Under the pieces are notes generated by a model. That model was not told the origin of the DNA, made no database searches, and saw only the letters and a list, made by a program, of their open reading frames with translations. Made by a program: the position numbers and the translations under genes. A stretch of 41,784 bases of DNA from positions 1 to 41,784 of the forward strand of contig DASQGM010000106.1 of NCBI GenBank assembly GCA_035632615.1, read 5' to 3'. This document shows, piece after piece, positions 24,572-33,284 of this stretch. This DNA comes from a bacterium. Lineage in GTDB: Bacteria > Sysuimicrobiota > Sysuimicrobiia > Sysuimicrobiales > Segetimicrobiaceae. Within the stretch, counting starts at the first letter, position 1, and each line of letters opens with the position of its first letter.

Positions 24572-26347
24572 ATGTCCCGCTGGGCCGATCCCATCGAAAC
24601 AGATGCATACTACGCCGCTCACCGTCCGGCCATTCTTGGCTTGCGCGGCATGGCGGCGTCGGGCCACTACTTGGCCAGCACAGCCGCGTACGAGATCTTG
24701 AAGCAGGGCGGCAACGCCATCGACGCCGGGGTTGCGGCGGGCCTGTGCATCAATGTCGTGCAGCCGGATATGACAAGCCTCGGCGGCGTTGCCCCGATCA
24801 TGATCTATCATCGCGAGACCCGTCGAGTCTCTACCATTGATGGACTCGGCGTGTGGCCGCGGGCGGCGTCCATCGAGTTCTTCCGCGAGCGCTGTGGCGG
24901 CGACATGCCTCCTGGGATTCTCCGTTCTGTCGTCCCGGCCGCCGCGGATGCGTGGATCACCGCTCTGGCGCGCTTCGGCACCTTGAGGTTTTCGCAGGTC
25001 GCGGCGCCTGCATTGGAACTGGCCGAGGGCGGGTTTCCCGTCTACCGGTTTCTGTACCGGAACATGCTGTTCGATCTGCCCGGGTATCGGAGGTGGCCCT
25101 CGACCGCGTCCACGTTCCTTCGCGACGATGCCCCGCTGCCGCCGGGGACCGTTCTTCGGCAGCCAGAACTGGCGGCGACGCTCCGAAGGATGATGCGTGC
25201 GGAAGACAGCGCGAGCACGCTGGGTCGGGACGCCGGACTGGACGCGGCGCGGGCGGAATTCTATGAGGGAGAAACCGCCCAGACGATGGCGCGGTTTGCC
25301 CAGGCCGAGGGCGGGTTGATCACCGCCGAGGATTTGAGGCAGTTTCGCGTCAAGCTTGAGGAGCCGGTCCACGTCCACTACCGCGGGTATGACGTCTACG
25401 CCTGCGGACCGTGGTGCCAGGGGCCGGTGCTGCTCCAGGCCCTGAATCTCTTGGAACCGTTCGATCTCGCGGCGTGGGACCACAATGGCGCCGAGCACCT
25501 GCACGTCGTGCTCGAGAGCCTGAAGCTCGCGTTTGCCGACCGGGAGGCCTACTACGGCGATCCCCGCATGGTCGACGTGCCGATGGAGGCGCTGCTGTCG
25601 AAGGAGTACGCTGCCATGCGTCGGCGGTGCCTCGATATGGCGCACGCCAGCACGGAACTGCCATCGCCAGGTGACCCGTATGGGTTCGAGCAAGGAAGGC
25701 GAAAGGGCGCTCTGACCGGGCCATCCGTAGAAACGGCTCAACGAAACGCGACGTGGGAGCCCGACACGAGCTATCTGTGCGTCGTTGACCGGTGGGGGAA
25801 TGCGATCTCGGCCACCCCCAGTGACAGTGCGGCGAGTTCGCCGCTCGTGCCCGGGGTCGGCTGCATCATCTCGTCCCGCGGTTCCCAATCCTGGCTAGCC
25901 GAAAACCACCCGAGCGCGCTCGCCCCCGGGAAGCGGCCCCGGCTGACACCCAGCCCCGCCATGGTTCTTCGCGATGGCAATGTCTTCATGACCTTGGGGA
26001 CGCCCGGGGGGGACATTCAACCGCAGGCGATGCTCCAGGTGCTGGTCAACGTCATCGACTTCGGCATGGACCTGCAAACGGCGGTTGAACGGGAGCGCGC
26101 CGCCACGCATTCGTTTCCCAACTCGTTTTGGCCGCACGCCTACACCCCTGGGCTGGTGTGTCTGGACCCGGGCTTTCCCGATGGGGTCGTGACGCGCCTC
26201 GCCGACGCCGGGCATCGGGTTCAGCACCTCACGCAGTGGGAGCGTCATCGGCGGACAGGGGTGTGCGCGATTCGGGTCGACCCGACGTCCCGGGTGTTGG
26301 TCGGCGCCGCCGATAGCCGACGAGAATCCTACGCCGTCGGATGGTAG
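24572..26347 (+). CDS. Gamma-glutamyltransferase-family Ntn hydrolase, no signal peptide (predicted cytoplasmic)
   Basis: Autoprocessing/nucleophile context DTSYLCVVDRWGNAIS (compare TTH..VVD..GNAV in GGT) and oxyanion region TLGTPGGDIQPQA. The N terminus MSRWADPIETDAYY is not hydrophobic. Confidence 0.85.
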   Translation: MSRWADPIETDAYYAAHRPAILGLRGMAASGHYLASTAAYEILKQGGNAIDAGVAAGLCINVVQPDMTSLGGVAPIMIYHRETRRVSTIDGLGVWPRAASIEFFRERCGGDMPPGILRSVVPAAADAWITALARFGTLRFSQVAAPALELAEGGFPVYRFLYRNMLFDLPGYRRWPSTASTFLRDDAPLPPGTVLRQPELAATLRRMMRAEDSASTLGRDAGLDAARAEFYEGETAQTMARFAQAEGGLITAEDLRQFRVKLEEPVHVHYRGYDVYACGPWCQGPVLLQALNLLEPFDLAAWDHNGAEHLHVVLESLKLAFADREAYYGDPRMVDVPMEALLSKEYAAMRRRCLDMAHASTELPSPGDPYGFEQGRRKGALTGPSVETAQRNATWEPDTSYLCVVDRWGNAISATPSDSAASSPLVPGVGCIISSRGSQSWLAENHPSALAPGKRPRLTPSPAMVLRDGNVFMTLGTPGGDIQPQAMLQVLVNVIDFGMDLQTAVERERAATHSFPNSFWPHAYTPGLVCLDPGFPDGVVTRLADAGHRVQHLTQWERHRRTGVCAIRVDPTSRVLVGAADSRRESYAVGW

Positions 26348-26407
26348 AGATCCACGGGCCGTTGGGGGGCCCGGCAGCGCAAACGCGCCACGCGAGGAGG
26401 TAGGGGA

Positions 26408-27970
26408 GTGCCTGTGAAGCTGGTCGCTCTTGTCGTCGCGGTGGTCGTCATCGGATTCGGAACGCCGTCGTCGCCGCAGCTATCGGTGGTTCGGCTCGGG
26501 CCGCTCACGGCCGACGCGGCGAGCACGGCTCCATGTCCCCGGCAGGGAGGCACCCTGCGGGTGGGCATCGACGCCGACTTCGTCAACCTCGACCCTGACG
26601 CATCGACGACACGCGCGGACCGGCAGGCGTGGAAGGAAGTGTTCAATACCCTCGTAGGTCTGACGGCCGATCTCAAGCTCGTCCCCGAACTCGCCGAGTC
26701 GTGGGAGTTCCAGAGCGGCACCCGCGTGGTGTTTCGGCTCCGTCATGGCGTGAAGTTTCAGGACGGGACCGACTTCAACGCTGACGCCGTGAAGTTCAAC
26801 ATCACCCGAAAGAAGACGATCGGCGGCCCGCGAGTCAGCGAGTTGGCGAATGTCGAGTCGGTGGACGTTCTCGACCCCTACACCGTTCGGTTCAACCTGA
26901 AAGAGCCGTTCAGCCCGCTCCTCGCCATCTTGACCGACGGCTCGGGCATGATGTCATCGCCCGCCGCCGTCGCAAAGTACGGCAATGACTACAGCCGGCA
27001 CCCGGTCGGCACCGGGCCGTTCGAGTTCGTCGAGTGGCTCAAGGACGATCATCTTACCGTTCACCGGTTCGCAAACTACTGGGAGAAGGGCATTCCTTGT
27101 CTCGACGAGATACGCTTCGTCCCGGTTCCGGATCCCGCGGTGAAGCTGACCGATCTCAAGGCCGGGGCGCTGGATCTGATCGACAGCGTGCTGCCCAAAG
27201 ACGTCTCGGGCCTGCGGCGCGACGGGAGCCTGCGCTATTACGAGACCAGCGATCTTGGATGGCGGTCGATGGACTTCAACGTCACCAAGCCGCCGTTCAG
27301 CAACAAAGCGCTGCGGCAGGCGATCGCATGGGGCGTCGACAGGGACGTGATCCACAAGGCCATCCTGTTCGGGACGGGCGTCGTGGCACAGGGGCCGATT
27401 GCGCCGTCGCAGGCGGGTTACGACCCGAAGTTCGCGCCCTACCACCGAGACCTGGCGCAGGCGAAAGCCAAACTCGCCGAAGGGGGGCAACCCTCTGGCT
27501 TCAGCTTCGTGGTGGTCGTGCCGCGCTTCGAGGTACGGGAGCAGGTGGCGGAAGTGATCAAGGAACAACTCGCGCCCCTCGGCATACACATGGATATCCA
27601 ACCCGTCGAGTTCGGCGAGTACGTCCGCCTGCTCAGGACCCGGGGCTACATGGCGCAGATGGGCGGATGGAGCGGCCGCCCGGACCTTGACGGTAATTTG
27701 GACTACCTCTTCAGTGGGACCGGGTCACAGAACGTCACCGGGTACAGCAATCCTCAGGTCAATGACGTGCTGGACAAGGCGCGGATTGTGTCCGACCTTA
27801 GTCTGCGGATCCGACTCTACCGGCAGGCCCAGACGATGATCGCCGAGGACGCTCCGTCCTTGTTCCTCTTCTATCTGCCGCAAAACAAGGCCGCGGCCGC
27901 CCAGGTGCGGGGCGTCGAGCCAAGCTCCGCCAACATGATGCGCCTGAAGACCGTGTGGCTGAGTAAGTAG
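26408..27970 (+). CDS. ABC transporter substrate-binding protein, family 5 (Dpp/Opp-like)
   Basis: Hydrophobic N terminus VKLVALVVAVVVIGFG. Family pattern GGTLRVGIDADFVNLDP...PVGTGPFEF. GTG 26408 lies 7 nt after GAGGAGG. Confidence 0.85.
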   Translation: MPVKLVALVVAVVVIGFGTPSSPQLSVVRLGPLTADAASTAPCPRQGGTLRVGIDADFVNLDPDASTTRADRQAWKEVFNTLVGLTADLKLVPELAESWEFQSGTRVVFRLRHGVKFQDGTDFNADAVKFNITRKKTIGGPRVSELANVESVDVLDPYTVRFNLKEPFSPLLAILTDGSGMMSSPAAVAKYGNDYSRHPVGTGPFEFVEWLKDDHLTVHRFANYWEKGIPCLDEIRFVPVPDPAVKLTDLKAGALDLIDSVLPKDVSGLRRDGSLRYYETSDLGWRSMDFNVTKPPFSNKALRQAIAWGVDRDVIHKAILFGTGVVAQGPIAPSQAGYDPKFAPYHRDLAQAKAKLAEGGQPSGFSFVVVVPRFEVREQVAEVIKEQLAPLGIHMDIQPVEFGEYVRLLRTRGYMAQMGGWSGRPDLDGNLDYLFSGTGSQNVTGYSNPQVNDVLDKARIVSDLSLRIRLYRQAQTMIAEDAPSLFLFYLPQNKAAAAQVRGVEPSSANMMRLKTVWLSK

Positions 27971-28004
27971 GCCCGAGAGGTCCGGTTAGCCCGACACGCC
28001 GGCG

Positions 28005-28949
28005 ATGACCAGATTCGTCCTGGGGCGCCTGGTAAGCCTGCTCCCGGTGCTGCTCGTGCTGAGCGCCGTGACGTTTGCGATTATGCGGATGATCCCCGGC
28101 GACCCCGTTGAGATCATGTTCGGAGGGGAAGGCGACCCGGCGGTCGTCGCGGCCGCGCGGGTGAGGCTGGGGTTGGATCGCCCGCTGGCGCTGCAATACC
28201 TGTTCTGGCTTGCGCGGCTCGGTCAGGGAGACCTGGGCCGCTCGATCAGGACGAACCAGTTGGTGACGCAGGTCATCGCGGAACGACTCCCCGTGACCTG
28301 CGAGCTCGCCGCGCTCTCCGTCGCGTTGGTTGTGGTGATCGCATTGCCGCTCGGGATCGTGGCGGCGATTCGTCGGGATTCTCCCGTAGACGTGGCCGCG
28401 TCTTCCCTGTCGCTCATCGGGGTGACGATCCCGAGCTTCTTCTTGGGCATCCTGTTGATCCAGGTGTTTGCGCTCAGGCTGCATTGGCTGCCGCCGCTGG
28501 GGTATGTCCCCTTCTTGAGAGCACCGCTCGAGAATTTGCGTCTGATGATCTTGCCCGCCGTGACGCTGGCTGCCGGATTGGCGGCGGTCATTTCCCGCAT
28601 GGTCCGCGGCGGCCTGCTGGAGGTGCTCACCCAGAACTACATCGTCGTGGCCCGCTCAAAGGGCCTGCGTGAATCCCGGGTGATCCGCCATCACGCGCTG
28701 CGAAACGCGCTCATCCCAATAGCCACCGTGCTCGGACTCCAGATCGGCGCCTTGCTCGGAAACACCGTGCTTACGGAAACGGTGTTCGGGCTCCCGGGGG
28801 TGGGTCGGTTGTTGGTCGACAGTATCTTCGCGCGCGAGTTCGCCATTGTCCAGGGACTCGTGCTCTTGCTCGCGATGGTGCGGGTGCTGAGCAGCCTTCT
28901 GGTCGATATCATGTACGCCGTGCTGGACCCGCGCATCAGCTTTGGCTAA
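28005..28949 (+). CDS. Dpp/Opp-type ABC permease (DppB-like)
   Basis: Motifs FVLGRLVSLLPVL...MRMIPGDP and NYIVVARSKGLRESRVIRHHALRNALIPIAT. Confidence 0.85.
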   Translation: MTRFVLGRLVSLLPVLLVLSAVTFAIMRMIPGDPVEIMFGGEGDPAVVAAARVRLGLDRPLALQYLFWLARLGQGDLGRSIRTNQLVTQVIAERLPVTCELAALSVALVVVIALPLGIVAAIRRDSPVDVAASSLSLIGVTIPSFFLGILLIQVFALRLHWLPPLGYVPFLRAPLENLRLMILPAVTLAAGLAAVISRMVRGGLLEVLTQNYIVVARSKGLRESRVIRHHALRNALIPIATVLGLQIGALLGNTVLTETVFGLPGVGRLLVDSIFAREFAIVQGLVLLLAMVRVLSSLLVDIMYAVLDPRISFG

Positions 28950-29844
28950 GTTTGTCGACTCCGCCCACGCGCCGGGCGCGGCGGAGTCATCGCGCTGGCG
29001 CGCCCGGTATCTGTTGGCTCTGCGCCGCCTGGCATCCACGCCTCGAGGCGCGTTCGGGCTCGTGGCCCTCGCCGTCGTGCTCTTCGCCGCGGTCTTCGGG
29101 CAGGCGCTTGCTCCGCAGAGTGCCACCATCCAGAACTTCAATGAGATTCTGGCTCCCCCGAGCTCGGCGCACGTATTTGGCACCGACGACCTGGGGCGTG
29201 ACCTCTTCACGCGGACGATCTACGGTGCCAGGGTCTCGCTGCTCGTCGGCCTCTGTTCAGTGGGGCTGGCCGTGGTCGCGGGCGTGCCGATCGGGATTGC
29301 GGCGGGATACTATCGGGGGACGTTCGACGAAGTGTCGATGCGGGTGCTCGACGGGCTGCTTGCGTTCCCGGCGCTGATCTTGGCGATCGCCATTGCAGCG
29401 GCGCTCGGCGCGGGGCCCCGAAACGTCGTCATCGCCATTGGGATTGTGACCGTTCCGACGTTTGCCCGCTTGGCGCGGGGGCAAGCGCTTTCCCTGCGAG
29501 AGCAGGACATGATCGTCGCGGCGCGCGCCGTCGGGCTTCGTGACGGCCGTATCCTGTCGCGATACGTCCTCCCGAACGTGGCCTCGGTGCTGATCATCCA
29601 GGGAGCGCTGAGCACCGGTCAAGCCATTCTGACCGAAGCCGGCCTCAGCTTTCTCGGGCTGGGAATCCGGCCGCCGATCCCCAGTTGGGGATCCATGATC
29701 GAGGTCGGCCGAGGGTACCTTGAGCAGGCGCCGTGGATGAGCGTCGTTCCCGGCGTCGCAATTCTGCTGACCGTTTTCGCCTTCAACTTTACGGGTGACG
29801 CTCTGCTTGATGCGCTGGATCCTCGGCTGCAGAAACGGGGCTGA
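28942..29844 (+). CDS. Dpp/Opp-type ABC permease (DppC-like)
   Basis: Motifs HVFGTDDLGRDLFTRTIYGARVSL and DMIVAARAVGLRDGRILSRYVLPNV. The only in-frame start is TTG 28942, which overlaps the upstream stop by 8 nt. Confidence 0.8.
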   Translation: MAKFVDSAHAPGAAESSRWRARYLLALRRLASTPRGAFGLVALAVVLFAAVFGQALAPQSATIQNFNEILAPPSSAHVFGTDDLGRDLFTRTIYGARVSLLVGLCSVGLAVVAGVPIGIAAGYYRGTFDEVSMRVLDGLLAFPALILAIAIAAALGAGPRNVVIAIGIVTVPTFARLARGQALSLREQDMIVAARAVGLRDGRILSRYVLPNVASVLIIQGALSTGQAILTEAGLSFLGLGIRPPIPSWGSMIEVGRGYLEQAPWMSVVPGVAILLTVFAFNFTGDALLDALDPRLQKRG

Positions 29845-29908
29845 TCGAGTCGGCGCTGCGTGCACCGAGCCGTGACATGCTTCACGAGAGAAGAGAGGAG
29901 TGCCTCAG

Positions 29909-30745
29909 ATGAAAGTCTACATCTCGGCAGACATGGAAGGAGCCACGGGGATCGCCGTCAAAGCGCAGGTCGTCGAGGGGCACCCCGGCTACGAACGGGC
30001 GCGGCGGTTGCTGACGGGCGACGTCAGCGCCGCGGTCGCGGGTGCGTTCGACGCGGGCGCGACGGACGTGCTCGTCAACGACTCGCATTTCCTGATGACC
30101 AACATACTGATCGATGAACTGGATCCTCGTGCCCGCCTCATTACGGGGCGCAACAAGGCGCTCGCACAGATGCAGGGGCTCGACCGTTCGTTTGATGCCG
30201 TCTTCTACGTGGCGTACCACGCAAGCGTCGGCATGCAGGACGCGGTGATCAACCATACATACCTCGGCAAGGCCGTGCGGGAGATCCGTCGCAACGGGCG
30301 TCCTGCCGGCGAGGCGGAGATCAATTCCGGAATCGCGGGATACTTCGGGGTCCCCGTCGTCCTCGTGACGGGCGACGACAAGGTCGTGGCGGAAACGAGA
30401 GCGGCGCTGGGGACGATCGAGGGAGCCGTGGTGAAGAAGGCCCTGGACCGCTACGTGGCCGATTCCCTGTCCCCGCAGGCGTCGGCTGCGCTCATCCGCG
30501 AGACCGCCTGCCGCGCCCTGACTCGGGTGAAGGAGTTCTCGCCGCCGGCGGTGCCCTCGCCGACGACGTTTGAGATCGACTTCATGTCCACGGCGGAAGC
30601 CGCGATTACGACACTATTCCCCTGCGTTGAGCGGCGAGGACCGCGGACCGTGGCCGTGACCGACCGCGACTACTTGCGCGCGTTCAAGGCCCTTTACGGG
30701 TGCCTGCTCCTGGGCAACACCATGGCGGATGAGATCTTTGGATAG
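29909..30745 (+). CDS. M55-family D-aminopeptidase (Bacillus DppA-type peptidase)
   Basis: N terminus MKVYISADMEGATGI matches the M55 signature MK.Y.S.DMEG..G. ATG 29909 lies 8 nt after AGAGAGGAG. GTG 29900 is an alternative start. Confidence 0.8.
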   Translation: MKVYISADMEGATGIAVKAQVVEGHPGYERARRLLTGDVSAAVAGAFDAGATDVLVNDSHFLMTNILIDELDPRARLITGRNKALAQMQGLDRSFDAVFYVAYHASVGMQDAVINHTYLGKAVREIRRNGRPAGEAEINSGIAGYFGVPVVLVTGDDKVVAETRAALGTIEGAVVKKALDRYVADSLSPQASAALIRETACRALTRVKEFSPPAVPSPTTFEIDFMSTAEAAITTLFPCVERRGPRTVAVTDRDYLRAFKALYGCLLLGNTMADEIFG

Positions 30746-30787
30746 TAGAGGTGGAGCGTCAGCACGACAGGGCACGGTGAGGCTGGG

Positions 30788-31489
30788 ATGACCACCCAGA
30801 AGTGGCGACGCACGTTGGAGAACTGGCCCCTTCCTCTCCCGGAGTTCGCGCTAGGCGGGAAACAGGTCGCCCTCCTGGTCGTGGACATGCAGCACTTCTG
30901 CGCTCACCCGGACTACGGATTGGGACTGAAATTGCGCGAGCGCTTTCCCGCTGCGGCCGAGTACTTCTTCGCGAGGCTGGGCCTGGTCGTACCGAATATC
31001 GCGCGACTGCAGCGCGCCTTTCGGGACACCCACCGCCGAGTTATCTTTACGACGTTTGGTCCAGAGCTGCCGGATGGGGCGGACCTGCCGAAATCCAGGC
31101 GGCGGCCGGCCACGCCGGGAGCCCGGCAGTTCAATAACTTCGCTCGCGGGACCATCCAACACAGCATCTTGCCTGAGCTCCAGCCCGTTGCGGGGGACTT
31201 GGTCATCAATAAAGTCACGACGAGCGCGTTCACGTCAACGGGCATCGATCAAGACTTGCGGCATCTCGGCATCGAGGCGCTGGTGGTCACAGGAGTCTCC
31301 ACCGAGGTGTGTGTGGAGAGCACCGCGCGCGACGCGGCCGACCGCGGTTACGAATGTGTCATCGTCGAAGACGCATGCGCCACCCTTGATGAGGCTGCCC
31401 ATGAGGCGATGCTCATCTCGTTCTCCCGATTGTTCGGGCGAGTCATGACAACGGAGGAAGTGATTGTCGAGCTGCTGAGCCCTCGTTGA
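30788..31489 (+). CDS. Isochorismatase-family (cysteine hydrolase) protein
   Basis: The Asp-Lys-Cys triad contexts are VALLVVDMQ, VINKVTTSAF and LVVTGVSTEVCVESTARDA. Confidence 0.85.
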   Translation: MTTQKWRRTLENWPLPLPEFALGGKQVALLVVDMQHFCAHPDYGLGLKLRERFPAAAEYFFARLGLVVPNIARLQRAFRDTHRRVIFTTFGPELPDGADLPKSRRRPATPGARQFNNFARGTIQHSILPELQPVAGDLVINKVTTSAFTSTGIDQDLRHLGIEALVVTGVSTEVCVESTARDAADRGYECVIVEDACATLDEAAHEAMLISFSRLFGRVMTTEEVIVELLSPR

Positions 31490-31561
31490 GTCTCTCCATC
31501 GGCCCACGGATTGAACTCTAACAGGCATACCGCTTGCGCCGCTGGTATTCACAAACTTGTT

Positions 31562-31590
31562 TTGACAAAGAAGTACTCACTTGCTATCTT
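31562..31590 (+). promoter_or_regulatory. Sigma-70/SigA-type promoter TTGACA-17 nt-TATCTT driving a leaderless regulator mRNA
   Basis: TTGACA at 31562-31567, a 17-nt spacer, then TATCTT at 31585-31590. The A of ATG 31597 is 7 nt downstream of the -10 element. No Shine-Dalgarno sequence is possible in that space. Confidence 0.55.
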
Positions 31591-31596
31591 TCGCGT

Positions 31597-32493
31597 ATGG
31601 CTCTCCCCAACACAGGATCCGCCGTGCGACAGTCCCCGCGATACCTTGCGATCACCGAGGCCCTGCGAGCAACCGTCATGGCCGCCGCGCCCAACACGAT
31701 CTTGCCGACCGAGGAGGAGTTTGCCCAGCATTTTGGGGTGAGTCGACCGACGGTCCGGCGCGCGCTGGGTTTCCTGGAGCGGAGCGGCTATGTGTCGCGG
31801 CAGCGCGGCCGGGGCACGATCGTCAGTCCCACCAAGCTCACGCGGTCGCTAGCGCCGCTGTACACGTTGGAGGAGGACTTCCGGCAACAGGGGATCCCTC
31901 TCGAGACCCGAGTCCTGCGGTACGAGCGGGCGATCGAGCCCCCCGCGGACATTCGCGAGCGGCTGAAGCTCGGGGCCCGGGGTCAGGTTGCGGTCCTGGA
32001 GCTGCTGAGGCTCGTGGGGGGCCGGGTCATCGCCTGCGATCGCGCGTATATCCCGACGGCGCTCGTGGCGCGGTTCCAGCCGGAGAAGGTGACCGAGACG
32101 CCGTTGCTCGAGGTCCTGCGCGAGCAGACGGGGATCCGGATCGGCCGGCTCGATTGGGAGATCGAGATCCTGCCGGCCGCGCCCGACGTCGCCGGGGCGC
32201 TGGGCATGACTCCGGGTGTGCTCGTCGTGGCGAGCCGGACCACCGCGTACGCGGACGGCGGATCGGCCGTGTCGCGGAGCGAGCGATGCTATCGCATCGA
32301 CCGGGTGAAATTCCACTTCGCCACGGGATATGCGCCAGACGCCGCGCCGGCCGAGGGCGGCCGGCCGGCGCAGCAGGGGAGCGGACCGGATCGGACGCCC
32401 CGGGTCCGCCGTCCAGCGGCCAGGGGAAGGCGTGGCGCCCGCAGCGCGGGAGGGCGCCCGACCACGTCAGGAGGTGCGGCCGGAGATGAGTAG
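31597..32493 (+). CDS. GntR-family transcriptional regulator, HutC subfamily (wHTH plus UTRA domain) with a basic low-complexity C-terminal tail
   Basis: wHTH region LPTEEEFAQHFGVSRPTVRRALGFLERSGYVSRQRGRGTIV, followed by a UTRA-like region ending ...RIDRVKFHFATGY. The ORF then continues about 55 aa to TAG 32491-32493. Confidence 0.85.
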   Translation: MALPNTGSAVRQSPRYLAITEALRATVMAAAPNTILPTEEEFAQHFGVSRPTVRRALGFLERSGYVSRQRGRGTIVSPTKLTRSLAPLYTLEEDFRQQGIPLETRVLRYERAIEPPADIRERLKLGARGQVAVLELLRLVGGRVIACDRAYIPTALVARFQPEKVTETPLLEVLREQTGIRIGRLDWEIEILPAAPDVAGALGMTPGVLVVASRTTAYADGGSAVSRSERCYRIDRVKFHFATGYAPDAAPAEGGRPAQQGSGPDRTPRVRRPAARGRRGARSAGGRPTTSGGAAGDE

Positions 32494-33277
32494 CGCGAGC
32501 CTCAAGTTCTTCCGCATGGAGACCGACCGTCGCGGGATCACGGTGGTGACGTTTGATCGGCCTCCGGTCAATGCCATTTCTTTTGACGTCTACCCCGAGA
32601 TCCGGCAGCTGTCTGAGGCCATCGAGGCGACGGACGAGACGCGCGTGGTGGTGCTCACAGCACCCCCCGGAGCCCGCGCCTGGTGCGGGGGAGCCGACGT
32701 CCGGGATTTCCTTCCGCTGGACTACAAGACGCGCATGGAGCGGTACGCGCTCATCAACGAGTGCATGCCGCGCTTCTACAACCTCAATCGTCCGGTCATC
32801 GCCGCGATCAACAGCCATGCCGTGGGGGTCGGGCTCGTGCTTGCGGGCTTCTGCGACATTCGAGTGGCAGCCAGCGACGCGTTCTTCGCGTGCCCGGAGA
32901 TCGACCGCGGCGTGCTCGCGGGCGGCGGCGCGTTCCTGTCGCGGATCGGTGTGCCGCCCGGCAGGATTCGCGAGATGATGTACACCGGCAAGCGCTTCAC
33001 CGCGGAAGACCTGCGGGACACGGGGATGTTCAACTACGTCGTTCCCAAGGATCAGGTCATGCCGAAGGCGCTCGAGATCGCGGAGGTCATCGCGCAGAAG
33101 AGCCTGCCCGCGCTCAAGGCGAACAAGATCTGCACGAACGCCACCGAATCGATGTCCTGGACCGACGCGTACAAGACGACGCAGGAGCACAGCGCGAGAT
33201 TGACCATCACGAAAGACGCCAAGGAAGGGATCCGAGCCTTTCTCGAAAAGCGGAAGCCCGTCTACGTCGATAGATGA
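32486..33277 (+). CDS. Enoyl-CoA hydratase/isomerase (crotonase) family protein
   Basis: Motifs VVVLTAPPGARAWCGGADVRDF and VIAAINSHAVGVGLVLAGFCDIRVA, plus ACPEIDRGV. ATG 32486 overlaps the regulator stop. AGGAGG lies at 32469-32474. Confidence 0.85.
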   Translation: MSSASLKFFRMETDRRGITVVTFDRPPVNAISFDVYPEIRQLSEAIEATDETRVVVLTAPPGARAWCGGADVRDFLPLDYKTRMERYALINECMPRFYNLNRPVIAAINSHAVGVGLVLAGFCDIRVAASDAFFACPEIDRGVLAGGGAFLSRIGVPPGRIREMMYTGKRFTAEDLRDTGMFNYVVPKDQVMPKALEIAEVIAQKSLPALKANKICTNATESMSWTDAYKTTQEHSARLTITKDAKEGIRAFLEKRKPVYVDR

Positions 33278-33284
33278 CACGGCG

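Noticed and set aside
31527-31564. Possible intrinsic terminator after the isochorismatase gene: hairpin ATACCGC...GCtGGTAT (31527-31548) followed by a TTGTTTT tract.
   Set aside because: The stem is only 7 bp with a bulge. The T-rich tract starts about 10 nt after the stem instead of abutting it, and it overlaps the -35 of the next promoter. That is not convincing enough to call a terminator.
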